Origin: Poseidonia sp.
GTDB taxonomy: Archaea > Thermoplasmatota > Poseidoniia > Poseidoniales > Poseidoniaceae
Length of the DNA: 64,000 bases
Direction: 5' to 3'
Assembly (NCBI GenBank): GCA_030829545.1
Contig: JAURAI010000001.1
Location: forward strand, 70,234-134,233
The position numbers and the translations under genes are program-made. The notes beneath the pieces are model-generated. The model had not been told where the DNA came from and did not search any database. It was given only the letters and a program-made list of their open reading frames with translations. Shown here piece after piece: positions 29,962 through 39,657 of this stretch (position 1 is the stretch's first letter; each line of letters opens with the position of its first letter).

Positions 29962-31016
29962 GCGTCAAAGTCCAGAACGACTTTGCCACAATTTCCAGAC
30001 AAAGCGAGTTCAATCGCCTGTTCGAATTGAGCAATTGGCATGCGGTGAGTCAGAACCTTGTCAACATCAATGAGACCCTGCTCAAGCAGGTCATGCATCT
30101 TGTCCCAAGTGGACCACATCTTCCTTCCGTTGATGCCCTTGATGTGCAAGTATCGGAACACGACTTCGTTCATAGGCACTGCTGGCATGGCTTGCCCGTA
30201 GACAGAGAGGACATTGACATAACCACCCATCCTTGTGGAATGGATGGTATTTGACAGGGCGGTTGGGGAGCCTGAGAATTCACAACTGTTGTCCACACCT
30301 CGCCCTTCTGTGGCTTCAAGGATGGCAGCAACAATGTCATCGTCTTTACCCAAAACAATGTCTGCACCGAGTTCTTTTGCCAACTCCATTCGGTAGGTAT
30401 TGTCCCAATCCACTGCGATAATGTGAGTCGCACCCATGGCTTTGGCTGCGTTGACCGCAAAGAGACCGATGGGGCCCAAGCCGTGGATAGCGACCGTTGA
30501 ACCTTGGACAGGCCCGCCAGTCAAGGTGTGGATTGCATTGCCCAGCGGGTCTTGAATTGAGGCATGGCCTGGGTCTAAGCCTTCTGGGACATGACGTGCA
30601 TTGGTGGCGGGGATGGCAAAGTAAGGGGCGAAGGCTCCATGGCCGTGTACGCCGAAAATAGAACCGTTTTCACAAATGTGAGCATTGCCTTCTTCGCAAC
30701 GCGGACACTCCCAACAAGCAAGGTGGCACTCGATGGCCACGTGGTCACCAACCGAATGCGTCGTAACACCCTCACCAAGCGCTACCACGCGGCCGCTGGT
30801 TTCGTGACCGGTAATGGTCCCGAGAGGCACGTTTTCGCGACTCCACTCATCCCATTTCCAAATGTGTAGATCCGTTCCACACACTGAGGTAGAGAGCGTT
30901 TGAATCAAGACTTCTCCCGCTGCGGGTGATGGTACTGAATGCTCGGCGAGGGAAAACCCACCTTGCTCATCACGGGTTTTTGTCCAAGCGGTCATGGTGG
31001 GTGGTAGTGACTCCAT
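29958..31016 (-). CDS. tdh: L-threonine 3-dehydrogenase (Zn-dependent MDR family)
   Basis: CGTDLHIWKWDEWS, GHE, CxxCxxC structural Zn, QDPLGNAIHT, GLGPIG, KGINGRKM. Confidence 0.85.
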   Translation of the reverse strand: MESLPPTMTAWTKTRDEQGGFSLAEHSVPSPAAGEVLIQTLSTSVCGTDLHIWKWDEWSRENVPLGTITGHETSGRVVALGEGVTTHSVGDHVAIECHLACWECPRCEEGNAHICENGSIFGVHGHGAFAPYFAIPATNARHVPEGLDPGHASIQDPLGNAIHTLTGGPVQGSTVAIHGLGPIGLFAVNAAKAMGATHIIAVDWDNTYRMELAKELGADIVLGKDDDIVAAILEATEGRGVDNSCEFSGSPTALSNTIHSTRMGGYVNVLSVYGQAMPAVPMNEVVFRYLHIKGINGRKMWSTWDKMHDLLEQGLIDVDKVLTHRMPIAQFEQAIELALSGNCGKVVLDFDA

Positions 31017-31162
31017 GACTCGCCCTCAACCCCCTTATCTTCGGACACCTTTTCATCCTTCGCTCATTCAGTCTTGGCTAAAAATCACAAGATTACAGAA
31101 TACGGCTTTGTTCGGTATGTTGATTAGGGGGGCGCGACGGCCTCAAAGCCCGTTGATGGTAC

Positions 31163-32785
31163 ATGAAGTACGTCGTTGTGAGCGGAGGAGTTCTTTCTGG
31201 ATTAGGGAAGGGCGTTACTGCAAGCAGCATCGGAGTTCTTCTCAAAAGCGCTGGCCTGCGAGTCACATCAATCAAGATTGACCCCTACTTGAACAGCGAT
31301 GCTGGGACAATGTCGCCCTTTGAACACGGGGAAGTTTTCGTCCTCGATGACGGTGGCGAAGTAGACCTCGACCTCGGCAACTATGAGCGGTTCCTCGACA
31401 TCAATCTCTCAAAAGATAACAATCTCACGACGGGAAAAATCTACGCCAACGTGATTGAAGCTGAGCGCAGAGGAGATTACCTTGGCAAAACAGTTCAGGT
31501 GATTCCCCACGTTACCGACGCCATCCAAGATTGGATCGAGGATGTCGCTGCTCGCCCTGCTGACGGCAGTGACGGAACTCCCGATGCCTGCATCATCGAA
31601 CTTGGTGGAACGGTTGGCGACATTGAATCAGCACCCTATGTAGAGGCGCTCAGGCAATTCCAATTCCGCGTCGGTCGTGAAAATGTAACCTTCGTTCATG
31701 TTTCTCTCGTCCCCGTGATGGGGCCGGTTGGTGAGCAGAAAACCAAACCTACCCAGCATACCGTCAAGGAATTGCGCGGCCTCGGTATCACCCCAGATAT
31801 CCTTGTTTGCCGGTCCTCTGCCCCGCTCAATGACGAAACCCGCAACAAATTAGCAGCCTTTTGCCATGTCCAACCCAAAGCAGTCATGTCGACACACGAC
31901 GTCCCCAATATCTACCATGTTCCACTGATGCTTCAAGAGCAGGGCTTGTGCGACATTTTGGAAGTGGATTGTGCTGCCACCAGCCTTCTCGAAGAATGGA
32001 AAACGATGGCACATCACCTTGATACCTTAACGGAGGAAGTCCACATTGCTATGGTCGGAAAGTACACCGATCTTTCCGACGCCTACCTCTCAGTCATCAA
32101 AAGCCTGCAACATGCCGCCATGGCAGTTGACCGTAAACTCGTGATTGATTGGATTGAAGCCAGTCACCTCGAACCTCAATGGGACAAGGACGAGAGTGAC
32201 GCAGCATGGGCGGCACTGAAGAAGACGGACGGCATCTTGGTACCCGGTGGCTTTGGCGACCGAGGTATCGAAGGAAAAATCGCTGCTGCACATCACGCAC
32301 GAACCAACAACATCCCCTATCTCGGCATTTGCCTCGGCCTTCAGGTGGCGACCATAGAATTCTGTCGCAACGTCCTGGGTTTGGAGGGTGCAAATTCAAC
32401 AGAATTCGAAGACAACCCTGCTCACGCTGCCGTCGTATTCATGCCTGAAATTTCGAAGACCCATCTCGGTGGCACCATGCGCCTGGGTACCCGCCCAACG
32501 CTTTGGCAAGTTGATTCCTGTCAAATCCGAACGCTGTACGGGCCAGGTGACGCTGTGGATGAACGGCACCGTCATCGCTACGAGGTCAATCCGGACTTGA
32601 TTGAGCGCATCGAAGCTGCAGGACTCGTCTATGTCGGTAAGGATGATTCGGGGCAACGTTGTGAAATCTTTGAACTCGAGGGACATCCCTACTATGTCGG
32701 TGTGCAATTCCATCCTGAATTCAAGTCTCGACCCAACCGTCCAAGTCCGCCTTTCCTCGGACTGCTTCAGGCTGCAACCCGTTGA
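31163..32785 (+). CDS. pyrG: CTP synthase
   Basis: [57 protein letters not shown]. Confidence 0.98.
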   Translation: MKYVVVSGGVLSGLGKGVTASSIGVLLKSAGLRVTSIKIDPYLNSDAGTMSPFEHGEVFVLDDGGEVDLDLGNYERFLDINLSKDNNLTTGKIYANVIEAERRGDYLGKTVQVIPHVTDAIQDWIEDVAARPADGSDGTPDACIIELGGTVGDIESAPYVEALRQFQFRVGRENVTFVHVSLVPVMGPVGEQKTKPTQHTVKELRGLGITPDILVCRSSAPLNDETRNKLAAFCHVQPKAVMSTHDVPNIYHVPLMLQEQGLCDILEVDCAATSLLEEWKTMAHHLDTLTEEVHIAMVGKYTDLSDAYLSVIKSLQHAAMAVDRKLVIDWIEASHLEPQWDKDESDAAWAALKKTDGILVPGGFGDRGIEGKIAAAHHARTNNIPYLGICLGLQVATIEFCRNVLGLEGANSTEFEDNPAHAAVVFMPEISKTHLGGTMRLGTRPTLWQVDSCQIRTLYGPGDAVDERHRHRYEVNPDLIERIEAAGLVYVGKDDSGQRCEIFELEGHPYYVGVQFHPEFKSRPNRPSPPFLGLLQAATR

Positions 32786-32902
32786 CTTCCGAGTCAGACG
32801 GTACCGTTTGTTTGGAAGGCTGAGCCGTCGACACTCTCGAATCAAGGTCTGTCAAATCATTGCACCAATAACGGTAAAAAAGGAACATACCAACTTGTGT
32901 TT

Positions 32903-35056
32903 ATGTGGACGGATGAACAACTGGCAGCGCAAGGGTGGACGAATGAGCAGATAGCAACCTATCGGGCTGAAGAGGCATCACAAGTGGTCAATGCCGTCAC
33001 TGATGGTGTGATTCCTGAAGCCATCAATGGTGAGGTGGCACTTCCCGAGACTGCATCGCCTGTGCTCCAAGAAACCTTTGAGGCTCGCATAAAGGGAGAT
33101 ATCCCGAACATCAATTCTACCTCAATTTCTGCAATCTTGTTAGTAGCCATGCTTGTGCTGGTACCATTTTCACTCTACTCGATTTCCAACGCAGAGGGTA
33201 CTCAAGGCCCACCGGGCGAAATTGGGACCGCTGGTACCAATGGGAGTGATGGTTCAAGTTTCCATCTTGTGCCATCTTTGGACGGCCTACCAGCTTGCGA
33301 TACATCTCTCAACAATCAAATCTTCTTCATAGCAGCCGACGCAGGGTTCCAAGTTTGCCAAAACAATGTTTGGACAGAGATCGACTTGACCGGGCAATCT
33401 GGACTCAATGGCACAGATGGCGCCAGTGGTCAAAATGGAACTGATGGACAAGATGGGGCCAACGGTCAAAATGGAGCTGATGGACAAGACGGGGCCGATG
33501 GCCAAAATGGGGCTGATGGACAGGACGGGGCCAACGGTCAAACATCACTCATGTCCACAAGCTTCGAAGCCCCCGGGGCGAATTGCCCCACGGGCGGTAC
33601 GAGAGTGGTGACTGGAATCGATGATAACGGCAACAATGCTTTATCCACTGATGAGATTGACGATACAATCTTCATTTGCAACGGTGAGAATGGCAACGAT
33701 GGAGCCAATGGTGCTGATGGTTTGGATGGTGCTGATGGCGTGGATGGTACGAACGGTAGTTCTACTACCACAATGATGGTTGCACGTCTTTCTGTTGCAC
33801 CAGCATACTTAGGATGCGGCGGTGTTGGGCAATTACTTCAACAAGGACTCGATGATGGTTCAGGTAATGGAATCGCACAGAATGGTATTCTTGAGTCAGG
33901 TGAAATAATTTCAAGTTCACTTATCTGCACCACATTCGTCGTCAATCAAGTTGAAGACCTCAACCCTGGTGCTACCGGCAGTAACCCCGCAGATTTCGTC
34001 ACCATCAACTCGACATTGTATTTCACGGCAAACAATGGCACTGCAAACGGTATTTGGTCAATGAACGCGAGCGGTAATATCTCGTTGGAGTACAGTGGTT
34101 CTGCACTGGGCCTGCGCGCTATTGGTTCCCAATTGATGTTTTCAGGACAAGGCCTTTCTCTTGACGTAGAACCATATGTTTACGATATATCGAACGGTAC
34201 TGCATGGCAAATCGCAGATATCTTCCCGGGGGCCTCTGGGAGTTTTGCGGGTGAATTCACGCTGATCGGCACAACCGTGTTTTTCTCTGCACGGGACAGT
34301 GCAGGCGTGTATGACCTTTGGGCGTATGATACCGTCAACTTCACGGTATGGAAACAGGTTGCAAACATTCAACCAACGGGATTGATTGCGGTTAATTCTG
34401 ATCTGTATTTCTCAGCGGGTCCAAACAATGGGAATGTCGAATTATGGAAGCATGAAACAGCCACAAACGCCACATTCATGGTGAAGGACATCAATCCTGG
34501 ATTGCTCTCTTCTTCGCCACAGCACCTCGCGCTGATGGGAACGACAATCTACATGTCTGCAAATGCGGGCACGACCTACGGAACTGAATTGTATGCATAC
34601 GAGACAACGAACAACTCGACATGGCTCGCAGCAGACATTCGACCCGGATTTGCAGGTAGTTCGCCATCAGAATTGGTCATCCTTGGAACGCGAATTTACC
34701 TCCAAGCAACATCGGGTTCATTTTTCGAAATGTGGGCTTATGAAACTACGAACAATTCATTCTGGGAGGTCACCAATATACAATCAACGTCCGGATTAGG
34801 TGGGCCAACCGAGTTAACCGTTCGCGGTTACACAGTATTCTTCGCAGCAGATGATGGAACAACTGGAGAAGAATTGTGGGCTCATCATTCAATCAATGAA
34901 ACGACTTGGCAAGTTATTGATTTGAATCCTGGGTCTGGTGGCCTCATTTACAAAGTCCATGCTCACGAAGGCAATGTTTACTTTTCAGGCGATGATGGGG
35001 TGGAGGGCATTGAATTATGGCGTCTAATTTTCTCACGAACCGTGAGTTTTGTTTGA
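32903..35056 (+). CDS. Membrane-anchored collagen-like surface protein with Cys-bridged GxDDxGNG modules and an ELWxxDGT-like beta-propeller
   Basis: One TM helix at about aa 75-95; G-X-Y runs; EAPGANCPTGG...GIDDNGN and GLDDGSGNG modules; repeated VELWKHE / TELYAYE / EELWAH / IELWRL blades. Confidence 0.8.
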   Translation: MWTDEQLAAQGWTNEQIATYRAEEASQVVNAVTDGVIPEAINGEVALPETASPVLQETFEARIKGDIPNINSTSISAILLVAMLVLVPFSLYSISNAEGTQGPPGEIGTAGTNGSDGSSFHLVPSLDGLPACDTSLNNQIFFIAADAGFQVCQNNVWTEIDLTGQSGLNGTDGASGQNGTDGQDGANGQNGADGQDGADGQNGADGQDGANGQTSLMSTSFEAPGANCPTGGTRVVTGIDDNGNNALSTDEIDDTIFICNGENGNDGANGADGLDGADGVDGTNGSSTTTMMVARLSVAPAYLGCGGVGQLLQQGLDDGSGNGIAQNGILESGEIISSSLICTTFVVNQVEDLNPGATGSNPADFVTINSTLYFTANNGTANGIWSMNASGNISLEYSGSALGLRAIGSQLMFSGQGLSLDVEPYVYDISNGTAWQIADIFPGASGSFAGEFTLIGTTVFFSARDSAGVYDLWAYDTVNFTVWKQVANIQPTGLIAVNSDLYFSAGPNNGNVELWKHETATNATFMVKDINPGLLSSSPQHLALMGTTIYMSANAGTTYGTELYAYETTNNSTWLAADIRPGFAGSSPSELVILGTRIYLQATSGSFFEMWAYETTNNSFWEVTNIQSTSGLGGPTELTVRGYTVFFAADDGTTGEELWAHHSINETTWQVIDLNPGSGGLIYKVHAHEGNVYFSGDDGVEGIELWRLIFSRTVSFV
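33428..33541 (+). repeat. 36-bp tandem repeat (3 copies plus a partial) encoding GQNG(T/A)DGQDGA(N/D)
   Basis: Unit ggtcaaaatggaactgatggacaagatggggccaac repeated with few substitutions. Confidence 0.9.
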
Positions 35057-35112
35057 ATCCCATCATGCAGCATATGCATCCCGGATACGTTATTATTCAC
35101 TGCGCATAATGC

Positions 35113-35814
35113 TCAGGAAAGTTGTTCGAGGATTCCCGGAAGGATTTCACCGGCTTTCCCCAAGTGGATTTCTGTAAAGGCGTCAGCATTGCTGGGCGCT
35201 TCGAGATTCACCAAGACGGTCTTGGCCCCTGCTGCGTTGGCGACATTTACCAAATTGGCAGCGGGGTAAACATGGCCGGAACTTCCGACGACCAGAAAGG
35301 TATCACACCCTTCAACCGCCTCATAAATGTCCTCGATGTGCATCGGCATCTCTCCAAACCAAACGATATCGGGGCGAAGCCGTTGAGCAACTGCGCAACA
35401 CGTGCAGGTGAGGAATTCATCCCTGAGGTCATGCTCTTCCATCCTCTCTTCCCGTTGCCCGCTAACTTCGCAACGGAGCGTTTTGAGGCTTCCATGCATG
35501 TGAATCGTTGACATATTGCCAGCACGCTCGTGCAAATCGTCCACATTTTGTGTGATGAGGGTGAAGTTGGCATGACGATCTGCCAAATCAGCCAGTGCAT
35601 GGTGGGCTGGATTTGGTTCAACTTCCTTCATTTGCCGTCGTCGGGACTGATAAAAGCGCCATACAAACATTGGATCTGCTTGCCAAGCTTGTGGAGTCGC
35701 TACGTCTTCAATGCGATGTTCTTCCCAAAGTCCGTCACCGTCACGGAAGGTCCGAATCCCAGATTCTGCCGAAATACCTGCCCCAGTCAACACAACAATT
35801 CGTTTTTCACTCAT
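35113..35814 (-). CDS. cobB: NAD-dependent protein deacylase (sirtuin, CobB/class III)
   Basis: GAGISAESGIRTFR, FYQSRR (YxxR), TQNVDDLHE, HG, RPDIVWFGE, VYPAA. Confidence 0.93.
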   Translation of the reverse strand: MSEKRIVVLTGAGISAESGIRTFRDGDGLWEEHRIEDVATPQAWQADPMFVWRFYQSRRRQMKEVEPNPAHHALADLADRHANFTLITQNVDDLHERAGNMSTIHMHGSLKTLRCEVSGQREERMEEHDLRDEFLTCTCCAVAQRLRPDIVWFGEMPMHIEDIYEAVEGCDTFLVVGSSGHVYPAANLVNVANAAGAKTVLVNLEAPSNADAFTEIHLGKAGEILPGILEQLS

Positions 35815-35914
35815 GAAGACGCTCCCCCTTCGACCTTATATCAACATCTAGTGTGATCCATTTCAGTCTCCGCAGCTTCACAATTGCGCCCTTCACAAAC
35901 TCAACGAATGCACA

Positions 35915-37102
35915 TTAGACCTCAGCCACGCGAATCAAACGAGTGGTTCGAAAGCCCTGCAATATTTTGATGAAGCGTTTGGCTTGAAACTCATCATCAA
36001 GGGATTCATCGCCCGTGTCAATGCGAACGGCCTCCAATCCAATGAGTTTGGAAGGAGTGGCAACACCCAACAAATTGGTCTGGCCAACGAGACGCAATAC
36101 GCTCGGCGAGAGTTGGAGGTTGCCTCGACCGATGAGAAACCCTTGGCCTCCCATCGGTGAGAGCAGCAAAAGAAGTGGGCGCTGCTGTCCGTCGTTGTCA
36201 ACATGACCCCCAATAATTCGGATTAATTCTGTCTCGTTGAGGTCCGTGTGAAGTGATTCACCGTGTTGAATATCAATTCCCAGCAGGGTCAAGGATTGGT
36301 TCAAATGTTCACCCATTCGCCTCAAGGTGCCTCCGCTGCCCCAAACCACCATCAAGTCGTCCTCGTCTTGAAGCAATGAACCAATGTGGTTTGCAAGCCC
36401 TTCGATGCTATCGTCTTCACTCACCCGCTCAACTTGCTCTTTGGCGCCCTGCATAAATCGAGGCGAGGAGGGAGTCCATGCTTCTCCGTACATGCGGACC
36501 TTCCAAACACCTTCCTGATAGACAACTTCATCCAAATCCATGACCTCGGTGATGGCCGTTCGTAGATCCCCTAAAGCAAAGGAGAGCACCACTTCCGCAG
36601 CAGCTTTTGGTGTGGTAGCAAAACAACCAGAATGCATTTTGACACCACCGGGCACACCGATGAGAGGGGTTGCTTGTGCGGCTTCTCCACGATGTTCGAG
36701 AGCCTTGACGATGTCCCTAGTGGTGCCGTCACCGCCAGCATAGAGAAGAGCGTCAACCTTGGCGTCCAAAAGAGCGTTGACAAGGTTGGATGTGTCCTCT
36801 GCGCTGGTTGAATCAGGGGTATGGCCCACCCATTCGGTGCCGACTGTTTGAGCACTCTGAATTTCGGGAACCCACGTAGAGCCCATCCGACCCTGCCATG
36901 CCACGAAGGTCAGGGAAGTTTGATTGCGATTGAGAGAGGAGGCTGTGAGGGTTTGGAGATGGGTTAAGCATTGCAGCATTCGAGGTCCTGCTCTGTCTTC
37001 CGCTCCTGCAGCACGGGCTTCGGCCGCTCGGCCATCACTGCCCTTGAAGCCTAATTTTCCACCTAAGCCAGCATCGGGGTTCACTACGATTCCGATGCGC
37101 AT
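35915..37102 (-). CDS. ATP-NAD/AcoX kinase family protein (NAD-kinase-like)
   Basis: VNPDAGLGG, KGSDG, GGDGTTRD, GVPGGVKMHS, GGQGFLIGRGN, IDTGD. Confidence 0.85.
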   Translation of the reverse strand: MRIGIVVNPDAGLGGKLGFKGSDGRAAEARAAGAEDRAGPRMLQCLTHLQTLTASSLNRNQTSLTFVAWQGRMGSTWVPEIQSAQTVGTEWVGHTPDSTSAEDTSNLVNALLDAKVDALLYAGGDGTTRDIVKALEHRGEAAQATPLIGVPGGVKMHSGCFATTPKAAAEVVLSFALGDLRTAITEVMDLDEVVYQEGVWKVRMYGEAWTPSSPRFMQGAKEQVERVSEDDSIEGLANHIGSLLQDEDDLMVVWGSGGTLRRMGEHLNQSLTLLGIDIQHGESLHTDLNETELIRIIGGHVDNDGQQRPLLLLLSPMGGQGFLIGRGNLQLSPSVLRLVGQTNLLGVATPSKLIGLEAVRIDTGDESLDDEFQAKRFIKILQGFRTTRLIRVAEV

Positions 37103-37209
37103 AACCCACGCAGAAAGCCTTCCCTCAAATATCCCTGCTTCGCTTAAGAAGCACTTTTGGACCACATTTCACCCGAGGTTTGAAGATGTGCTTCTGTCAA
37201 GGCAGAATC

Positions 37210-37542
37210 ATGAAACGTGCACCAACCGACGAGCCAAACCTCGATGATATCCTCGCTCGAGATTTTGCTGAGTTGAAAGTGGGAGAGGAGCAAATCGCAG
37301 CTGAAACGCCCGAAGAGGAAGGTCCAGAATTGACGCAGGGGGACACCGAGGCAGAGGTCAAACCCATCGTATACAATCAAAAAATCAATGCACACGAAGA
37401 CCGTGATTCCTTTTCAGTCGCTGCACCATCGAGTATCTCCTCTGCAAAAAACCAAGAAGATGATGCAACATCGACCCCTCCCCCACCCGTTCTCAAGGCG
37501 CCCACATCACAATTGGGTGACGACTTCGACGTCGAATGGTGA
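37210..37542 (+). CDS. Small acidic, probably disordered protein
   Basis: 110 aa E/D/P-rich ORF filling the gap; TTTGAAG box 31 nt upstream. Confidence 0.6.
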   Translation: MKRAPTDEPNLDDILARDFAELKVGEEQIAAETPEEEGPELTQGDTEAEVKPIVYNQKINAHEDRDSFSVAAPSSISSAKNQEDDATSTPPPPVLKAPTSQLGDDFDVEW

Positions 37543-37625
37543 GAACCAGCAGGAAGCCTTGCCACAAGGCGCGGGATTCATAGCGAGGTGGCAACCCCGT
37601 AGGGGTTGTCGGAGGCATGAAGCAC

Positions 37626-39647
37626 ATGACCATGATTCAGGTTACACTACCGGACGGTACGGTCAACGAATACGCTTCAGGAATCACCTGTGCAGAAGTC
37701 ATTACTGATGCACTTGGAAAGAAACACGGATGCCTCGCTGCGAAAGTGGATGGTATGGAATACGACATGTCGCATGAATTGGACATGAATTGCTCGGTTG
37801 AGGGCATCAAATCTGATTCTGAAGATGGCATCCACATCCTTCGCCATTCCGCTGCCCACCTCCTCGCTCAAGCGGTCATGGAATTGTATCCTGGAGCCCT
37901 GCCGACCATTGGCCCTGCTATCGACCGTGGGTTCTACTATGATTTTGCAATGGAGCCCATCACAGAGGGAGACCTCAAGAAAATCGAAAAGAAAATGCAG
38001 GAATTGGCCCGCAGAAACTTCACGGTTGAACGAGTTGAACTGGATCAAGATTCGTTGAGGGAGCACTTTGAACACAACCCCTACAAACTTGAAATCATTG
38101 ATGATAAGTTGGAAGCAGGCGACGGTTCAACCATTTACAAGCAAGGCGAATGGTACGACCTCTGCCTTGGACCACACGTTCCCAATACCTCTCGGTTGAT
38201 GTTTGTCAAACTCACTTCCGTTTCCTCTGCTTACTGGCGAGGCGACCAAGACCGAGAGCAACTCGTTCGCATCTACGGTTTGGTCGAACCAAGCAAAGAT
38301 GCACTCAAGCAAACGCTGCACAGGATGGAGGAGGCAAAGAAACGCGACCACCGCAAACTCGGCAAGGACCTCCAACTCTTCCACATTGACGAGGAGGTTG
38401 GCCAAGGCCTCATCATGTGGACGCCAAGAGGGGCGATTATCCGTCAAGAATTGCAGGATTTCATTTCACACCACCTCCGTCGCCAAGGCTACCAGCAGGT
38501 GTTTACCCCGCACATTGGGAAATTGGATTTGTACCGCACCTCCGGTCATTTCCCCTACTACCAGGACTCGCAATACCCCCCTCTCGTTGAACGCGACTTG
38601 ATGAAGAAACTCGCTGATGAAGGTTGCACCTGCGGTGAATTGTCGAATCTGATGAAGACAGGCGACATCGACGGCTACATGCTCAAACCGATGAACTGCC
38701 CTCATCACGTCAAAATCTACGCCAGTCAAGCTCGTTCCTACCGCAATCTGCCACTGCGTTTGGCTGAATTCGGCACCGTCTACCGATGGGAACAATCGGG
38801 TGAGATCTCTGGCATGACCCGAGTTCGTGGCTTTACTCAGGACGATGCCCACCTTTTCGTAACTGAAGACCAAATCTCTCAGGAAGTGCTTGGCTGCATT
38901 GAGTTGGTTCAAATCATCTTTGACAAACTCGGAATGACAGATTACCGTGTTCGTGTGGGCCTGCGTGACCCAGATTCAACCAAGTATGTGGGCGACCCTT
39001 CTGCTTGGGAAAAAGCCGAAGATGCGTGCCGGAATGCAGCGGCTTCTCTGGGAGTTGACTGGTCTGAAGAAGAGGGTGAAGCAGCCTTCTATGGTCCGAA
39101 AATCGACTTTGTTGTCAAGGACGTCATTGGCAGAGAATGGCAACTCGGGACGGTGCAGGTAGACTACAATCTGCCCGAACGTTTCGATTTGACATACAAG
39201 GGAAGCGATGGAGAACTTCACCGTCCAGTCATGATTCATCGCGCCCCATTTGGCTCCATGGAACGGTTCTGTGGCGTTCTTATCGAGCATTTTGCCGGCC
39301 GATTCCCCACTTGGCTCACGCCCACGCAATGTCATATCATCACCATTTCCGAGAAGCACAAGGCCTACGCTGCGGAAGTTGAAGAAGCCCTCAAAGAACG
39401 TGGAATCCGTGTTGAAATGGATGATGGAGACGACACGGTGGGGAAGAAAATCCGCACCCATCGCAAACTTCAGCCGGCCTACATGGTGATTCTTGGCGAT
39501 GGTGAGATGGAAGGAAGAACCGTCAGCCTACGAGCCCGTAATGGTGACCAAGTTGCAGATCTCGGCCTTGAACAATTCATCGAAGACCTTCAATCGGAAA
39601 TCAATGAAAAGGTGAGTCAGCCATCGCTTGTACCGCCTTCATCGTGA
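37626..39647 (+). CDS. thrS: Threonyl-tRNA synthetase (bacterial type, TGS and editing domains)
   Basis: VTLPDG, RHSAAH, DLCLGPH, RDHRKLG, KPMNCP, RVRGFTQDDAH, FYGPKID, IHRAPFGSMERF; start 37617-37632. Confidence 0.97.
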   Translation: MTMIQVTLPDGTVNEYASGITCAEVITDALGKKHGCLAAKVDGMEYDMSHELDMNCSVEGIKSDSEDGIHILRHSAAHLLAQAVMELYPGALPTIGPAIDRGFYYDFAMEPITEGDLKKIEKKMQELARRNFTVERVELDQDSLREHFEHNPYKLEIIDDKLEAGDGSTIYKQGEWYDLCLGPHVPNTSRLMFVKLTSVSSAYWRGDQDREQLVRIYGLVEPSKDALKQTLHRMEEAKKRDHRKLGKDLQLFHIDEEVGQGLIMWTPRGAIIRQELQDFISHHLRRQGYQQVFTPHIGKLDLYRTSGHFPYYQDSQYPPLVERDLMKKLADEGCTCGELSNLMKTGDIDGYMLKPMNCPHHVKIYASQARSYRNLPLRLAEFGTVYRWEQSGEISGMTRVRGFTQDDAHLFVTEDQISQEVLGCIELVQIIFDKLGMTDYRVRVGLRDPDSTKYVGDPSAWEKAEDACRNAAASLGVDWSEEEGEAAFYGPKIDFVVKDVIGREWQLGTVQVDYNLPERFDLTYKGSDGELHRPVMIHRAPFGSMERFCGVLIEHFAGRFPTWLTPTQCHIITISEKHKAYAAEVEEALKERGIRVEMDDGDDTVGKKIRTHRKLQPAYMVILGDGEMEGRTVSLRARNGDQVADLGLEQFIEDLQSEINEKVSQPSLVPPSS

Positions 39648-39657
39648 GTGTATTATC

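Noticed and set aside
33428-33541. 36-bp repeats as a CRISPR array
   Set aside because: Contiguous, in-frame, no spacers and no cas genes; they encode collagen triplets.
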